DNA of 63,506 nt, counting the filler, from Octopus bimaculoides (Eukaryota), in assembly GCF_001194135.2 (NCBI RefSeq). It is 5 parts of 5 records of this genome, joined end to end, with 100 filler letters (N's around TTAATTAATTAA, not from the genome) between each part and the next. Parts side by side here need not be neighbours in the genome. Positions count along the whole stretch, not along the records: positions 23,324 to 44,553 come from NC_068984.1; 4 more parts are not named here. One strand, written 5' to 3'. Position numbers and translations under genes: made by a program. Every line of letters starts with the position of its first letter. The first letter of the stretch is position 1. Of the stretch, positions 24,812 to 36,800 are shown one piece after another. Below the pieces are notes generated by a model, which was given only the letters and a program-made list of their open reading frames with translations, searched no databases and had not been told where the DNA came from.

Positions 24812-26362
24812 CCTTTCTTTATTGGCCACAAGGGCAGAACACAAAAACATATAGGGACAATACAGAACAAGGGAAAAGTGAAGTTTAAAACAGCAATCAT
24901 GCAAACTATAAAAAACAAAATCACAAAATCAGTTAACAAAAATATCTAACAATTAAATTCCACAATAGGAGAAGTTCCGTCCAGGGCCAACTAGGGCATC
25001 TCACACATCTTGGTCACCCCAACTGCTAAGGTCACGCCAGGTAGGCTCTTCTCTTCCCCTCAACAGCTCCGGCTTACAGGCGAATATTCAGTGTAGGCCC
25101 ATTCACACGAGCCATTTTCGCAACATTCGCCAACCTTTCAATAAAATAACGAAGAAACATTACTTCTCTCTCCACCCTCAGTTTCCTTTTCAAGTGAAAC
25201 TTGCAAACGTCGATGAGGAAAAATGTCAAAGAGAAAAAATGTCTGTCTTCAGTCATTTCGGCCTCGTCCACTACACTACCTCTTTCGCTATAGCCACCAC
25301 CCGGCCAAAAGAACGCGATGGGGCGATACTCACGATGGAATCAGCTGGTAACCGTTCTACACGCGACAATAGCTGTTCGACAATGCTCCAAATGTCAGAA
25401 ACGCACGTACACTGGACGATTGCATGCAGGACGGTTTCATCACTTTAAGCACAACTCGGGCAGTTCCGTCCGATAGCATTTACGTGTTTGTAGAGCTTTC
25501 TCGAACTGGCAGTGCTCCACGGTGCACTGGCAGACAAGGGATTTCTGAAAGTTACCCATAGGCCCTGGTTCGAAAGTCCTTCGGAAAAGACCCGTTAAGT
25601 TATCCCTCCCAAAGCACAGAATTTCTCCGAAAACGTCATAGCTCCTGTCTGCCACTAATCACCTATAGAACTCCAAAGTGAAACTTCTACCGACCGCATT
25701 GCTCGACTGGCACAAGACAGTAAGCGCTTGCTGACACTCCAGATGCTAAGTACCCTTTCTTGGTCTACGTTTCTTGGTCTACCTCTCCCTTTTTGTGTTC
25801 GCCACATCAGCAAACTTTTTGGATTTGCTGTTGTTGTTTTTTCTGCTACTGTTGTTGCTGTTGCTGTTGGTAGTGGTGGTTGTGGTGGACTTAAGGCCAC
25901 TTACACTGCTGCTATCCTCACCACAACTGTTACTCCTATTTCCTCCCACTCCATTTTTAATTAAAGCATTATAATCCCCGCTAAAACCCATACCGTCGTT
26001 AACGAAAGCTCTGTCTCTACTACTAGTGTCCCTACTACCACTGCTGCTGCTGCTGTTCGCATTGTTGCCGTTACCACTAGTACCACTGTTGCTGTCACTG
26101 CTGCTGCTGTTGCTGTTGCTGTCACTGCTAGCACTGCTGTTTTCAATGCCACCAATTTTACTACTGGTACCGCATTCACTGTTGCTGCCGTGAAGTGGAC
26201 TTTATACTTTTCCCCTCTCAACATTTTCTCATTCCCTTCCCCTGTACTGTTGCCAGTAAAAGAAGGAAGGGGAGGGAAATCTTCAGCAGTCACTTGTCCG
26301 TCACTAAGATGTAATAGTTCTTTGTTGCTATGACTTGTTTTAACTCTTATTTCTAGTAACAT
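24812..26362 (-). mobile_element. L1/Tx1-clade element: ORF2 C-terminus and 3' UTR joined to a Ser/Asn-rich ORF1-like segment (apparently internally deleted)
   Basis: Minus strand: HLECQQALTVLCQSSNAVGRSFTLEFYR, LTGLFRRTFEPGPMGNFQKSL and FHLKRKLRVERE...RLANVAKMARVNGPTL. Upstream frames give AEDFPPLPS and ...KSKKFADVA. No RT or endonuclease motifs seen between them. Confidence 0.75.
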
Positions 26363-26504
26363 TGATGTTGATTTATGCCCTCAGTCACTTTAATGACGTA
26401 TATATTTTTGCATTTCGGTTTAAAATTGCGAACAAACAACCCTTATCATTTATAATTTTCACTTTTACCGTTTAAGAAATCAGCGTATGACAAGGTGAGT
26501 TGAG

Positions 26505-26902
26505 TTTAACCCAAGGCATTAGGTGAGAGTCACTGACGACCAGTAATATAAATGCTGAATCACTGTGATCTGGATATGCCTATGTACTGAGGGAGCTTGC
26601 CTCCTTAGTAAATCACTAAAAATAAGTGCTTATTGTGAGTACGAGTTGTTTTAACACTTATTTGTAGCAATACTGGTTCTGATTAATGCTCTTAGCCACT
26701 TTAGTAATGTGTGTGTGTCCGCTACCACTTGATAACAGATGCCGGTGTTTTTATGACTCCGTAACTTAGCAGTTAGACAAAAAGTTAGATACAATAAATA
26801 CTGGTCTTAAACAGATTAGGTTCTGTCGTCGATTCCGTCGACTAAAATCCTTTATGGTGGTGCTCCAGCATGGCAGCAATCAAAATGAGTAAAATAAGTA
26901 AA
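26505..26902 (+). mobile_element. degraded SINE (family B-type) with shared tail
   Basis: Ends GGTGGTGCTCCAGCATGGCAGCAATCAAAATGAGTAAAATAAGTAAAA. Confidence 0.7.
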
Positions 26903-26969
26903 AATTATATATATATATATATCTATATATATGATTACACTCTAATTCAGCAAATATATGTATATATAC

Positions 26970-27004
<35 letters not shown>

Positions 27005-27203
27005 NNNNNNNNNNNNNNNNNNNNNNNNNNNNNNNNNNNNNNNNNNNNNNNNNNNNNNNNNNNNNNNNNNNNNNNNNNNNCACAATAAATGTTCATATAG
27101 CATCAGGAGTGAAGACGAAGAAACAAAATAAACTAGCAAAAATTACTGGATAATTCCTGATCCCGGATTTCTGGCTTTGCATAAGAAACGCTTTGCCTCA
27201 TCA

Positions 27204-27240
<37 letters not shown>

Positions 27241-27611
27241 TGTATGTGTGAGATTTTATGTAAAAGTTTATATATATAATCACCAAAATTTATGTTATGA
27301 GGCGTAGGCAGAAAAATTTATCAATTTGATCCCAATGTTACAAGAAACGTTTATGTATAATATTTAGTATTTTAAGATAAGACTATTTTCATCCGTGTCA
27401 GTGGACCAATAGGCTGAACACCATTCAATTTGTTTAAATAAAGTCATCCCTGAAGAATATTACCTGAAGTCGATTAATGGAATACCGCTCGAAAACTTTA
27501 TACCACCAACGTATATAATATGAGAAAATTGTACGAAAAATCAAACAAAAACAAACTTAGAATATATGAACTCTAACGTTTATGCGAAATGTAAATATTT
27601 GGCATTCTTAA

Positions 27612-27828
27612 GGTGGCGACCTGGCAGAAACGTTAGCACGCTGGGCGAAATGCTTAGCGATATTTTGTCTGTGCTATTCCTCTGAATTCAAATTCCGCCG
27701 AGGTCAACTTTCCCTTTCATCCTTTCTGGTTCGATAAATTAAGTACCCGTTGCGTTCTGGAGTCGATCTAATCGACTGGCTCCATCCCCATAATTTCGGA
27801 CCGTGTGCCTAGAGTAAAAAAGAATATT
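27612..27828 (+). mobile_element. full-length tRNA-derived SINE (family A)
   Basis: A-box-like TGGCAGAAACGTTAG, B-box-like GAATTCAAATTCC, tail ending AAGAATATT. Homologous to many copies in the window. Confidence 0.9.
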
Positions 27829-28227
27829 TGGAATTCTATAGCAGTGAAATATTACAGAAAGGACAGAAAATGGGCCACCTTACAATAATTGTCATTAGAA
27901 GGATACACTACAAAAGAAAAAAAAAAGATCTCGCTACACAACTGCATCGTTTAGTTAGCATAAATTATGTTATAAAGTTAGCAGTGATAATATGCAATTA
28001 AAAAGTAAAATAAATATTATTGTGTAGACTTCGAATATAAAAGGAGGTCATTAACTTGCTTGAGTCTAATACAAGAGAAATTGGTAGAAATTCAATTCTA
28101 AAACTTAAGCCAATATGATAAAAAGAAAAAGACAACGTAAAATATTTAAATGTTGGAGTGGAATCAAATTTCATATACTAATTTTAAATAAGTGGCAGTG
28201 AAATAGTTATGGATGTCAGAACGTATT

Positions 28228-28350
28228 ATATTTTCAATCCAGAGGGGATTAATAGCAAAGTTAACCTCGACGGAATATGAAATCAGTATGTGAAGATGAA
28301 CGAAACACCGCTAAATCATTTGCACGTCTGGTTAGCGATTCTGCCAGCTC
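28228..28350 (-). mobile_element. SINE (family A), 5' half
   Basis: Reverse complement begins GCGGTGAGCTGGCAGAATCGCTAAC. Confidence 0.78.
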
Positions 28351-28379
28351 ACCGCTTTCAACCAACTAAAAATGTTCAT

Positions 28380-28588
28380 ATGAAATTTTGGCACACGGAA
28401 GGTAATTTCAGGGGCGGGGTTAAGTCGAATACAACAACCCAGGGCTCAAATAACGCTTATTTTATATAACCCAAAGTATGAAGTGCAAAGTCGACCTCGG
28501 CGGAAATTGATCTCAGAACGTAAAGACGGACGAAATGCCGCTAAACATTTTGTCCGGCATGCTAACGACACTGCTACTTAGCAGCCTT
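28380..28588 (-). mobile_element. SINE (family A)
   Basis: AAAGTCGACCTCGGCGGAAATTGATCTCAGAACGTAAAGACGGACGAAATGCCGCTAA is the reverse complement of the family body. Confidence 0.85.
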
Positions 28589-29359
28589 GAAGGAACTCAC
28601 AACATTCATGTCATGGAACATCTTGAATTGTTTCTCTTACTCTATTTCTCGTGAAATATATTTTGTTAGTGGTGCTCACACGAAAGGATGTCCAACTATT
28701 GGTGTGTTTAGATAAGCATTTTCGTGAAGAAGCAAGAAGACTAAGCATAACGACAAATAGATATTAAAGCCTTTGATTGCTGAATGCCGCCATGCATGAG
28801 TGAACAGCAAAAAATGAAATAGAAAGGTGAAGCTAAACCATTTGACAGAACAGAAATAATACAACTGCAACTGCAAGAAAACGATAACAGCAATGTAGGT
28901 ATATATCATATATGTGTTTGCATATATATATNNNNNNNNNNNNNNNNNNNNNNNNNNNNNNNNNNNNNNNNNNNNNNNNNNNNNNNNNNNNNNNNNNNNN
29001 NNNNNNNNNNNNNNNNNNNNNNNNNNNNNNNNNNNNNNNNNNNNNNNNNNNNNNNNNNNNNNNNNNNNNNNNNNNNNNNNNNNNNNNNNNNNNNNNNNNN
29101 NNNNNNNNNNNNNNNNNNNNNNNNNNNNNNNNNNNNNNNNNNNNNNNNNNNNNNNNNNNNNNNNNNNNNNNNNNNNNNNNNNNNNNNNNNNNNNNNNNNN
29201 NNNNNNNNNNNNNNNNNNNNNNNNNNNNNNNNNNNNNNNNNNNNNNNATATATACACTCACATACACATCTGTATATAGTAAAAACTACAGAGAATGGAA
29301 ATGAAGTAAAAACGAGACAACTAGGTAAATCAATATACGTCGTACAAACATACAGCTAC

Positions 29360-29816
29360 AAGTGTGTGCGCGTGCACAAGCACTTGCGCACACACAAACA
29401 CACTCTCTTTCACACACAAACACACAAACACACACACACACACATACATACACACGCACGCACTCACACACACAATTTATTGAGAACAACTTCGAAAACA
29501 TACAGAAATTCACTGTCGAATTTTGAAAAAAATACGGCGCGGAAATTGAATAAGATATTATAAGAAAACGAATGATAAGGGCTACACCATCCATAAAATT
29601 CATAGGCTATGATAAAACAGGAGGAGCAGCAAGTATTTCTTTATACAGCAATGTTTGTTTCAACAAAATTTCCCAACCATCTTGGAGATGAATTACGAAA
29701 TATATTAAAAATTCAATTAATATATATGCGTGTTTATGTGTGTTTATGTGTGTGTGTGTGTGAGTGTGTGTGTGAGAGTGTGTGCGTGTGTATGTATGTG
29801 TTTATGTGTGTGTGTG

Positions 29817-29850
<34 letters not shown>

Positions 29851-29875
29851 CGTGTAACGCCTATATGTTAACACA
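29360..29875. repeat. (CA)n and (TG)n degenerate microsatellite blocks
   Basis: Blocks at about 29365-29475 and 29725-29855. Confidence 0.85.
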
Positions 29876-30289
29876 CAGAGTAATACTGTAAGGAAAGTTT
29901 ATATCAGATAAATGATGATGATGAAAGCTCCAAAGTAATTAATTAATTTGTTGACTAGTTAGAAGAAATTATTTATCTTTGTTAACTGAGGATATCACAA
30001 GAATGCAATATTAACTTTCTTCCTTGGAACGAGGAATTATTCTTTGTAAATAAACTACTACCTCCTCGGTCTTTCAGGGTTTAAATTAATACATTATTCT
30101 AAAATCTTGCACTCCTTAAACGGTTAACCAATACAAATAACTATGCATACTATATTAATATAGATTTGGTACGCATGCGATAATGAATCGAGTGATTACA
30201 CTATACGACGAGGGACATATTTGGTAATTTTTTTTTCTTTTCGAATTTTGACTGTCCTGGAGTAAAATGACAAAATAACAATGGTGTCT

Positions 30290-30680
30290 AATTTAGGCAC
30301 TAGGCCTGCTGTTTCAGAGGAAGGAGTCGGGCTTGACTGGCAAATAATTCTGTCTATCCTGAAAAGTTAGAAGCGAAACTGAACCTCGTAGCAATTTGAA
30401 CCCAGAATTCACAGAATCGAATAAAGTATCGTATCTCTTTTAATNNNNNNNNNNNNNNNNNNNNNNNNNNNNNNNNNNNNNNNNNNNNNNNNNNNNNNNN
30501 NNNNNNNNNNNNNNNNNNNNNNNNNNNNNNNNNNNNNNNNNNNNNNNNNNNNNNNNNTTGACTGGCAAATAATTCTGTCTATCCTGAAAAGTTAGAAGCG
30601 AAACTGAACCTCGTAGCAATTTGAACCCAGAATTCACAGAATCGAATAAAGAATCGTATCTCTTTTAATAATTCTGACAA
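30290..30680 (-). mobile_element. degraded SINE, duplicated across an assembly gap
   Basis: About 110 nt is near-identical on both sides of the gap and contains GCAATTTGAACCCAGAA (reverse B-box-like). Confidence 0.6.
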
Positions 30681-30685
30681 TCCAC

Positions 30686-30720
<35 letters not shown>

Positions 30721-32294
30721 GCAATAATAATATTAAGAAGCTGGTCGTTAATTCTTAAAGATATCTGAATCATATAGCAGGAACTACGAAACATTAATAT
30801 TTTTAATTACGGAGAATGTGTAATTCTGAATTAAGTTTGTGCCAAATTCATTTCACTCATGTCATTTAATGTACAGTATTATCCACAGGGGAAACGAAAA
30901 TATGATATAAGATAATTGCGAGAACATTTGCTTCGGAAAGGCTTGGATGTAAGATCTAATCACAATCAATACACGCGGGTATACACACACACACACATTC
31001 ACAGACACCCCCCCACACACACACACAATCATCTACACACACACACACACACTCACAAGCATCTACACACATACAAGCATCTACACACACAAGCATCTAC
31101 ACACACACACACATACACACACACACACACACAACAGGCCAACACAGACAAATGCTTATCGTCTCAGGGGATTTTATTGAACGCAATTTGCTGTCTGATA
31201 CTTATTTAATCAATCTCTAATTAATGCATATCTATTTCGAAGTAGGCGTTACTTGGCGGGATACACACCACTAGATAGTATTGCTCGATATACCGAGATA
31301 AGCCTGTCTGTGTGTGTTTCTCTGCTATATCCAGCATAACGTAATTACTATCTGTTACATAACCCCAAACCCTATAAACACTAAAGTTTAAATTGATCGC
31401 TGCTAATAAAATATTATGACTATGAACTACATCAAGCTAAATAAGAGATACCTTTAACCTTAATACAAAAGGAAGGTATGTAGAAACAATTAAACCATAC
31501 CCAGTTCCATATCAGAAAATGAAAGAACATTAAACCAACTAGAACTAAAATTTATTATAAGATCAATATGCTGCAGGAGGTAAGAAAACAAAATCATTGT
31601 AAATCGAGCCAAGTTGAACGCCTGCAAAACCCCATAAGCATAACAATATCATCAATTATATCTGTCGTAAACAGATGTAGACATCCTGTCAGTAACTACT
31701 CTTAAGTTTTCAGTACCAATGAATAGCATTCTGCAACAGTATCAACAACATCAAAATATATTTAACGCGCTGTACGAATTACTAAAGGTGATAAAAAAAC
31801 ATGCTAGCCATTTCTACTTTTGGTAGAACTTATGATTTCCCACCAATATTTAACACTTGTTTCACTCTTCTTTGGTTTCAGAACTCAGGAATATGTCTCT
31901 TTTTTTAGTTCTTTCATTCAGGTAGCACTTCGTTTCTGCCATCTAACTTCGACATGTGGAAATAAAGGAATTGAAATATATAACGGATTAAAATCACTGA
32001 CGTTCCCATAATTCAAGTATTAGTTGTACAAAGTTTACAACGCATCATTACATTAATTTATGGGAATTAAACATTCATATTTCCATATTCACTAAAAACA
32101 TTAAGTATTTCTCTAGGTTACCATTTATTAGCTCGCAACCCCAAATCTCTGAATTAGTTTACCTGAAGCTGGTGTTTTAACCCCCAAAATATCTAAATAC
32201 AACATAAATGTACAGAGCAATTGACGTTTTCCTTTTGTTTCCTTACTCATTGTTCTGGCTTATGTATATATATATGATGCCTTGAGCTAACTGG

Positions 32295-32530
32295 ATCCTA
32301 ATCCACCAAGGGAAGGCATGTCAGAAGAAAGTAATTCAACAACGCGGGTTGATGAACCGTAAGACGTGTGGCCAGAACCCCCTGGAAAATAACCATAGCG
32401 AGGGACATTCCACAGTCGAATTAGAACAGTCACAAACAGTGAAAGAAGACATGCACCCAACACCAGAGCTGAAGACACCTCCGAAAGGGGGTGGCCCCCG
32501 CCACGTCATAACGGTAGAGGAGCAGGGGCC
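32295..32530 (+). other. GC-rich coding-like segment truncated by a gap (LINE N-terminal remnant or host exon)
   Basis: Open frame WILIHQGKACQKKVIQQRGLMNRKTCGQNPLENNHSEGHSTVELEQ...; GC content is visibly higher than the flanks. Confidence 0.3.
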
Positions 32531-32737
32531 NNNNNNNNNNNNNNNNNNNNNNNNNNNNNNNNNNNNNNNNNNNNNNNNNNNNNNNNNNNNNNNNNNNNNN
32601 NNNNNNNNNNNNNNNNNNNNNNNNNNNNNNNNNNNNNNNNNNNNNNNNNNNNNNNNNNNNNNNNNNNNNNNNNNNNNNNNNNNNNNNNNNNNNNNNNNNN
32701 NNNNNNNNNNNNNNNNNNNNNNNNNNNNNNNNNNNNN

Positions 32738-32770
<33 letters not shown>

Positions 32771-33099
32771 TATATTGCATTATTGCTTTCCCTTTGTTCG
32801 AAGACCAACTATGCAGTGGGTTTCTTAACATAATGATATGCATACAGGGAATATGATGCAATTGACTAAGTTTAAACTTTCTCTCCAAAACATAATGTTC
32901 CCTGTGAATTATGCTCCTGAGTCATCCAAATGAATCAATAAGTTTATGAACGGAAAGAAATATAAAAATCAGTGTATTACATTTGTTTCTACGCCTTTTA
33001 TGGAATATGATTATGATGCTTTATCATACATACAACACAATATGAATGCGTTAATATATTAAAAGAACCTCTTCCTACAATGAGCACAAGACCTGAAAT

Positions 33100-33268
33100 T
33101 TTGTGGGAGTGGGCTAGTAGATTACAACAACACCAGTGCTTGGTTGATACTTCATTTGCCGTTCCCCCGAAAAGATATATATGTCGACTTGAACTCAGAA
33201 GGTAAAAAGCAGACGAAATACTGGTAAGCATTTTGTTCGGTGTGCTAACTATTTTGCCAGCTCGTCCC
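33100..33268 (-). mobile_element. degraded SINE (family A)
   Basis: TTGAACTCAGAAGGTAAAAAGCAGACGAAATAC...GCTAACTATTTTGCCAGCTCG matches the reverse complement of the family. Confidence 0.75.
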
Positions 33269-34149
33269 TTGACATTAATTAATAATATGGATAATGAAAA
33301 GAGACGTGAGATGTGCTCCAAATCATAGTAGCAAACTACGCTGTCGAAGTAGTGTATTGTCGTATCCATTGTATTAGACTGCATCTAGCATTACAATATA
33401 TCAAGCGTGTGGTATTAGAAATGTCTGAAATATTACACGCTGTGCTTTTTTCTTTCACCTCTCATTATAACATCTAATTTCAGTTCATACTAATTTAATA
33501 TATGTGTAATATTTTACAATTTTCTCTACAGCTCCTTCTGCATAATGGATACTTGCTTCCAGCAGATTAGCTACTGAAATACTTTCTGAAAACTTCAGTC
33601 ACACAAACGTATCTAAATTCAAAGATAGATAGTTATTTAAAACTATCTTAGAAAAGGAAAAAAAAAACATCATTAATATCTTCGTTTAATGCTTAATTAA
33701 TCAACATAGCCAATCAAGACTTAATATAACCCAATAATTTCTAGCACGTCTTGTATTACTAATTAACAGTTTGATACTTTCTAATCATCACTTGATTAGC
33801 AATTATTTTCATAGTTAATTAAATTGCAAGATAATTCACGTATCAGTAGTCATTGTAGTGAATCCAAAGTATTTTTTCTAACCAAGAAATATTTCTCTTC
33901 AGGTTTGTACAATATTTCAAAGCTATATTTAATATAAAAATAATAAACGCAATATATAATCATTACACTGAGACAGATGTAAAATGATTGTGTATGCGAT
34001 AATGTATGGGACTATAATATCATGAGTCGCGTAAATTCAAATGCACGGAAAGTGTTTCATTAAATGATGGATGTTCGCTTAATTGTAGGAAATAAGGACC
34101 ATCTATATTCATTTATTGCAGTGAATGCAGCTGAAATCATTAAACTCAC

Positions 34150-35344
34150 AGTATGTATATTTACATACAGAAGATGTCAGTTTATCTTTCCAGATAGACT
34201 GACATCTGACTGTTCAAAGAAAACTTAAAATGTAACTAGTAGCGACTTCTATTGAACATTGACAAAATTTGGCATATTGGTGTTATCAAATACCTACAGA
34301 AAAAAAAATGTAGCCCCCCAGGACAAATATGCTGACATGGTTGCTACTTTAGGGTCTTAAGCTCCAGCATTGTCAACGCTGCAAAAGTTGGGCAGCTGAA
34401 TTTAGAAGTGGAAGGGAGAATTTTAAATATGGGGTGGCAATTTTATGACATCCAGCCACGTGCTAAAACTGCCACCCCAAAGAAAATATTGATTGTGTTC
34501 CGCACATGGTGATGGATAATAGGAAATGAACCAACGCTATTAGCATTTCCCGTAAAAGAGATGAGAATATTTTGTACAATGAACTTGGGATATGGAAGAT
34601 TTATTTTCGGTGGGTGTCACACCTTCTAACACCTGATCAAAGGGGTACATCACGGGAAAATCTGACATTTTTAAAGCAGATATAGCTGGTTCATTTGAAC
34701 GTTTCCTAGACTGGGATGGGTGTTGGATTCGTCATTTTGAGGCTCAGACAAAGGGAAAATTCATGCAGTGGAAACAACCATCCTCACCTACTCCAAAGAC
34801 GGCTAGGCTCGTTTCATCTGTAGGGAAGTTGGTGGCTGCGGGTGCAAAAAGGCATTGTATTTATTGACTACCTTTGAAAGGGTCACACAGTCAACGCAAT
34901 GTACTATGCTACCATAGTGAGACAGTTACGAAAGTTCAAGACCAAACGCCCAGAAAAACTGATGAATATGTTTTGTTTCTTCATGATAATGCTCTTGCAC
35001 ACATTCATTGGTGTCAATGGCTGCTGTGGGTGACTGTCGCTGAGAACTAGTTTGACCAACCTCTCTATTTTCCTGATTTAGTCCCATCTAACAATCATCT
35101 GTTCTCCAACATGAACATACACTTAGCTAGGAACAATTATCGCAATGATTATGCTGTTTTGTGTCTTGTTGATGACGTTTTGAGAAATAAAATGAAAGCT
35201 TCTTCGCTAACTCAGCCAAGCACTGCAACATCGATGGAGGAAGTGTGTGAACGACAAGGAGGACTACAATGAAAGATAAACCTCATTCGGTCATATTACC
35301 CGAGAATATCGTGGTCAGACAATGAACTTTTCAACCGATTCTCT
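34150..35344 (+). mobile_element. near full-length decayed mariner transposon
   Basis: Remnants of WVSHLLTPDQ (WVPH motif), HDNALAH, LYFPDLVPSNNHLF (YSPDL motif) and QHRWRKCV. The 3' end GTCAGACAATGAACTTTTCAACCGATTCTC is reverse-complementary to the TIR at 50642. Confidence 0.85.
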
Positions 35345-35499
35345 TATTTTCGCTTCTATCTGTCTATTGTTCCGACCAGATCACGTAATAGCATGTGGGT
35401 TCCCTCATTTGGTATATATCAGTTTTGTTGTACAACCCCATGTCAACCCTGATTCTACAACACTATTGTTTACTGGTTGTTGAACATATAATGTGTGAA

Positions 35500-36800
35500 G
35501 GATCCATTTTATCAGCTATACGTTGTTTCCGTATTATTTAAGAGCGCTGTTGACATTCTGTAATCAAGCATTCATATAGTGTCAAACATAACAATATGCA
35601 TGTATTTGACATGCTTTACTATCGTGAGCATTTTTATGTCCTTCGGTATTATCTGGTGGTAGCCATAGGAAAAGCAACCACAACTGAATGCACACAAAGA
35701 ATTTCATCTGTTGTTCTGCTAGATTTATAGTTGGTAGGAGCATATCAACAGATTGAACTTTTCCTCTGATCAGATGCATACTTTTTACTGCTTTTGTTCA
35801 TGTGTTTAGATGATCAGTAGGTGTGATCTGGAATGAAATGCATTGCTACTTTATATTTTTATTGTGGAATGATTAACGGACAAAGTAGGAGAGGCATAAC
35901 CTATGATGGATGTGATGTAGAGCTGTATAAAATTGTTAATGTTTCTTTCGTAATGTCAATAGCGTCCCTTAGCGAAGGTTGTGCATATGTTTTCTGTAGA
36001 TTTCCTTATTTTTTTCTTCTTTTGTGTGGTATACGTAAGTTATTAATTCTAATTGCTTGCTACATTTCATATTCATATATGAGTTTGTCACAGGGACTAT
36101 AGCTGATGGGCTAAGTTATGTTGTCGTGGAACAAACTCATGAAGTGAACTGGGTAGTTTTGGGGAATATGAGCCGCACTGGCTTGCAAAATGAGGAAATG
36201 ACACAAGATTTATGTCAGTTGCTTGAGACTATGTGTATGTTTTGAAGACGTGGAAGAAAGCTGTGTATAGTGAAAATACTTGTGAAGTATCCTTGTGAAA
36301 ACTACATAGTTTGGTTACTAGTCTGCCAGAGGAATATGTTGCTTCTTCATTTGCTAATCGCTATTTTTGTAATTGTATAGTAGGTAATGGAGTCAAAGAT
36401 ACGTAGATACGTATTGATACTGAACTGTTGTGCAGGTGGTCTTTCCTGAAGTCATACTGTATCTTCTGCGTGCATTTGATGACTGTTGTGACTATGTAAA
36501 TGTAGCAATTCTTACTGAGATTTGGAGGAGATATTTCGCTTAATCAAGGTTTAGAAGAGCTACGTTGAAGAATACTCCATCTAGAATAAGTGAGAGTAAG
36601 TAGACCAAGATAATGGGTCTGCATGACATTATTTTATTGCCTGTTTGCTGCGTATATTTGCCTTGATATTTAACTAAGGAATGTTGCAACCAAAAGGTGA
36701 TGGTACGTGTAATTTTACGCGAGAATTTTGCTAGTGATACTTTCAGATAAGTACTTTTAGGTGAATTCTCCTGGTTTCACCTGTTCCCCTGTCCTTCGTT
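35500..36800 (-). mobile_element. possible highly decayed Penelope-like RT remnant
   Basis: Strong strand asymmetry (A-rich minus strand) and a minus-strand RPII motif near 36610 resembling the PLE PxRPIIS motif; otherwise fragmentary. Confidence 0.3.

Noticed and set aside
27612-27700. tRNA gene
   Set aside because: A/B boxes are present but no cloverleaf; continues into a SINE body found in many copies.
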